A DNA stretch of 24,000 nucleotides from Nanobdellota archaeon (GTDB taxonomy: Archaea; Nanobdellota; Nanobdellia; Woesearchaeales; UBA9642), in contig JAKAKR010000014.1 in assembly GCA_021813435.1 (NCBI GenBank), forward strand, positions 98,889-122,888, given 5' to 3'. This document shows, piece after piece, positions 23,878 to 24,000 of this stretch; positions within the stretch are counted from its first letter, which is position 1, and every line of letters starts with the position of its first letter. The translations under genes and the position numbers were made by a program. The notes beneath the pieces were generated by a model. The model searched no databases. It was not told the DNA's origin and saw nothing but the letters and a program-made list of their open reading frames with translations.

Positions 23878-24000
23878 AGATAGAAGAATTTATAGACGCT
23901 GGAAATATAAAATTTAGGAGCGCCTATAGAGATTCTATGTATTTCGTAATCAAGGAAAAAGATGATACGGGTTTGCTTGTCGGAATGAGTGAAATGTTTT
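23874..24000 (+). CDS. Hypothetical protein, 5' fragment (continues beyond the window)
   Basis: The ATG overlaps the ATPase stop (ATGA at 23874-23877). The open frame MKIEEFIDAGNIKFRSAYRDSMYFVIKEKDDTGLLVGMSEMF runs to the window end. Confidence 0.5.
   Translation, partial: MKIEEFIDAGNIKFRSAYRDSMYFVIKEKDDTGLLVGMSEMF

Larger units (their letters stand above)
12455..24000. mobile_element. Integrated element (integrative plasmid or provirus-like island) at the 3' side of tRNA-Gln; right end outside the window
   Basis: GC drops abruptly by eye (about 45-50% to about 30-35%) right after the tRNA. An intact tyrosine integrase starts 117 nt downstream of the tRNA. All cargo is non-housekeeping: regulators, ATPase, TFB paralog, nuclease-helicase operon. 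No second att repeat was seen inside the window. Confidence 0.65.

Noticed and set aside
1-24000. CRISPR array or cas genes
   Set aside because: Reading both strands revealed no regularly spaced direct repeats, and none of the ORF translations resembles a Cas protein.

Overview
The window is archaeal and splits into two parts. No homology searches were run, so every family call rests on motifs read from the translations and coordinates checked by hand.

(1) Positions 1 to about 12,455 look like a host backbone, with GC roughly 45-50% by eye. It carries:
- ribosomal proteins S17e, S6e and L10e, Alba, ArgRS and a NOG1-type GTPase;
- tRNA-Arg(UCG) and tRNA-Gln(CUG);
- a class III signal peptide (pilin-like) protein;
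- a three-gene BcrAD/BadFG activase plus activase-related cluster;
- a truncated Hel308/Ski2-like helicase;
- a TnpA-only IS200/IS605-family insertion.
Many genes have a TTTATAAA-type TATA box about 25 nt upstream of the ATG, suggesting leaderless mRNAs. A small-genome DPANN-type lineage is an inference only.

(2) From just after tRNA-Gln (about 12,455) to the window end, GC drops visibly to roughly 30-35%. A tyrosine integrase sits immediately downstream of the tRNA, which suggests an integrated mobile element that runs off the window. Its cargo is:
- two tandem RHH regulators;
- an atypical P-loop ATPase;
- an element-encoded TFB paralog;
- a translationally coupled operon of at least 7 genes (17,552 to beyond 24,000).

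The operon is the most interesting object. It combines an HKD(PLD)-nuclease/SF2-helicase fusion, a DndD/Rad50-like ABC ATPase with a central CxxC zinc hook, two diverged DUF1232-like paralogs (one with a Zn ribbon) and several unrecognisable small proteins. I cannot map this combination onto any named defence system, and I propose it as a candidate undescribed defence system.
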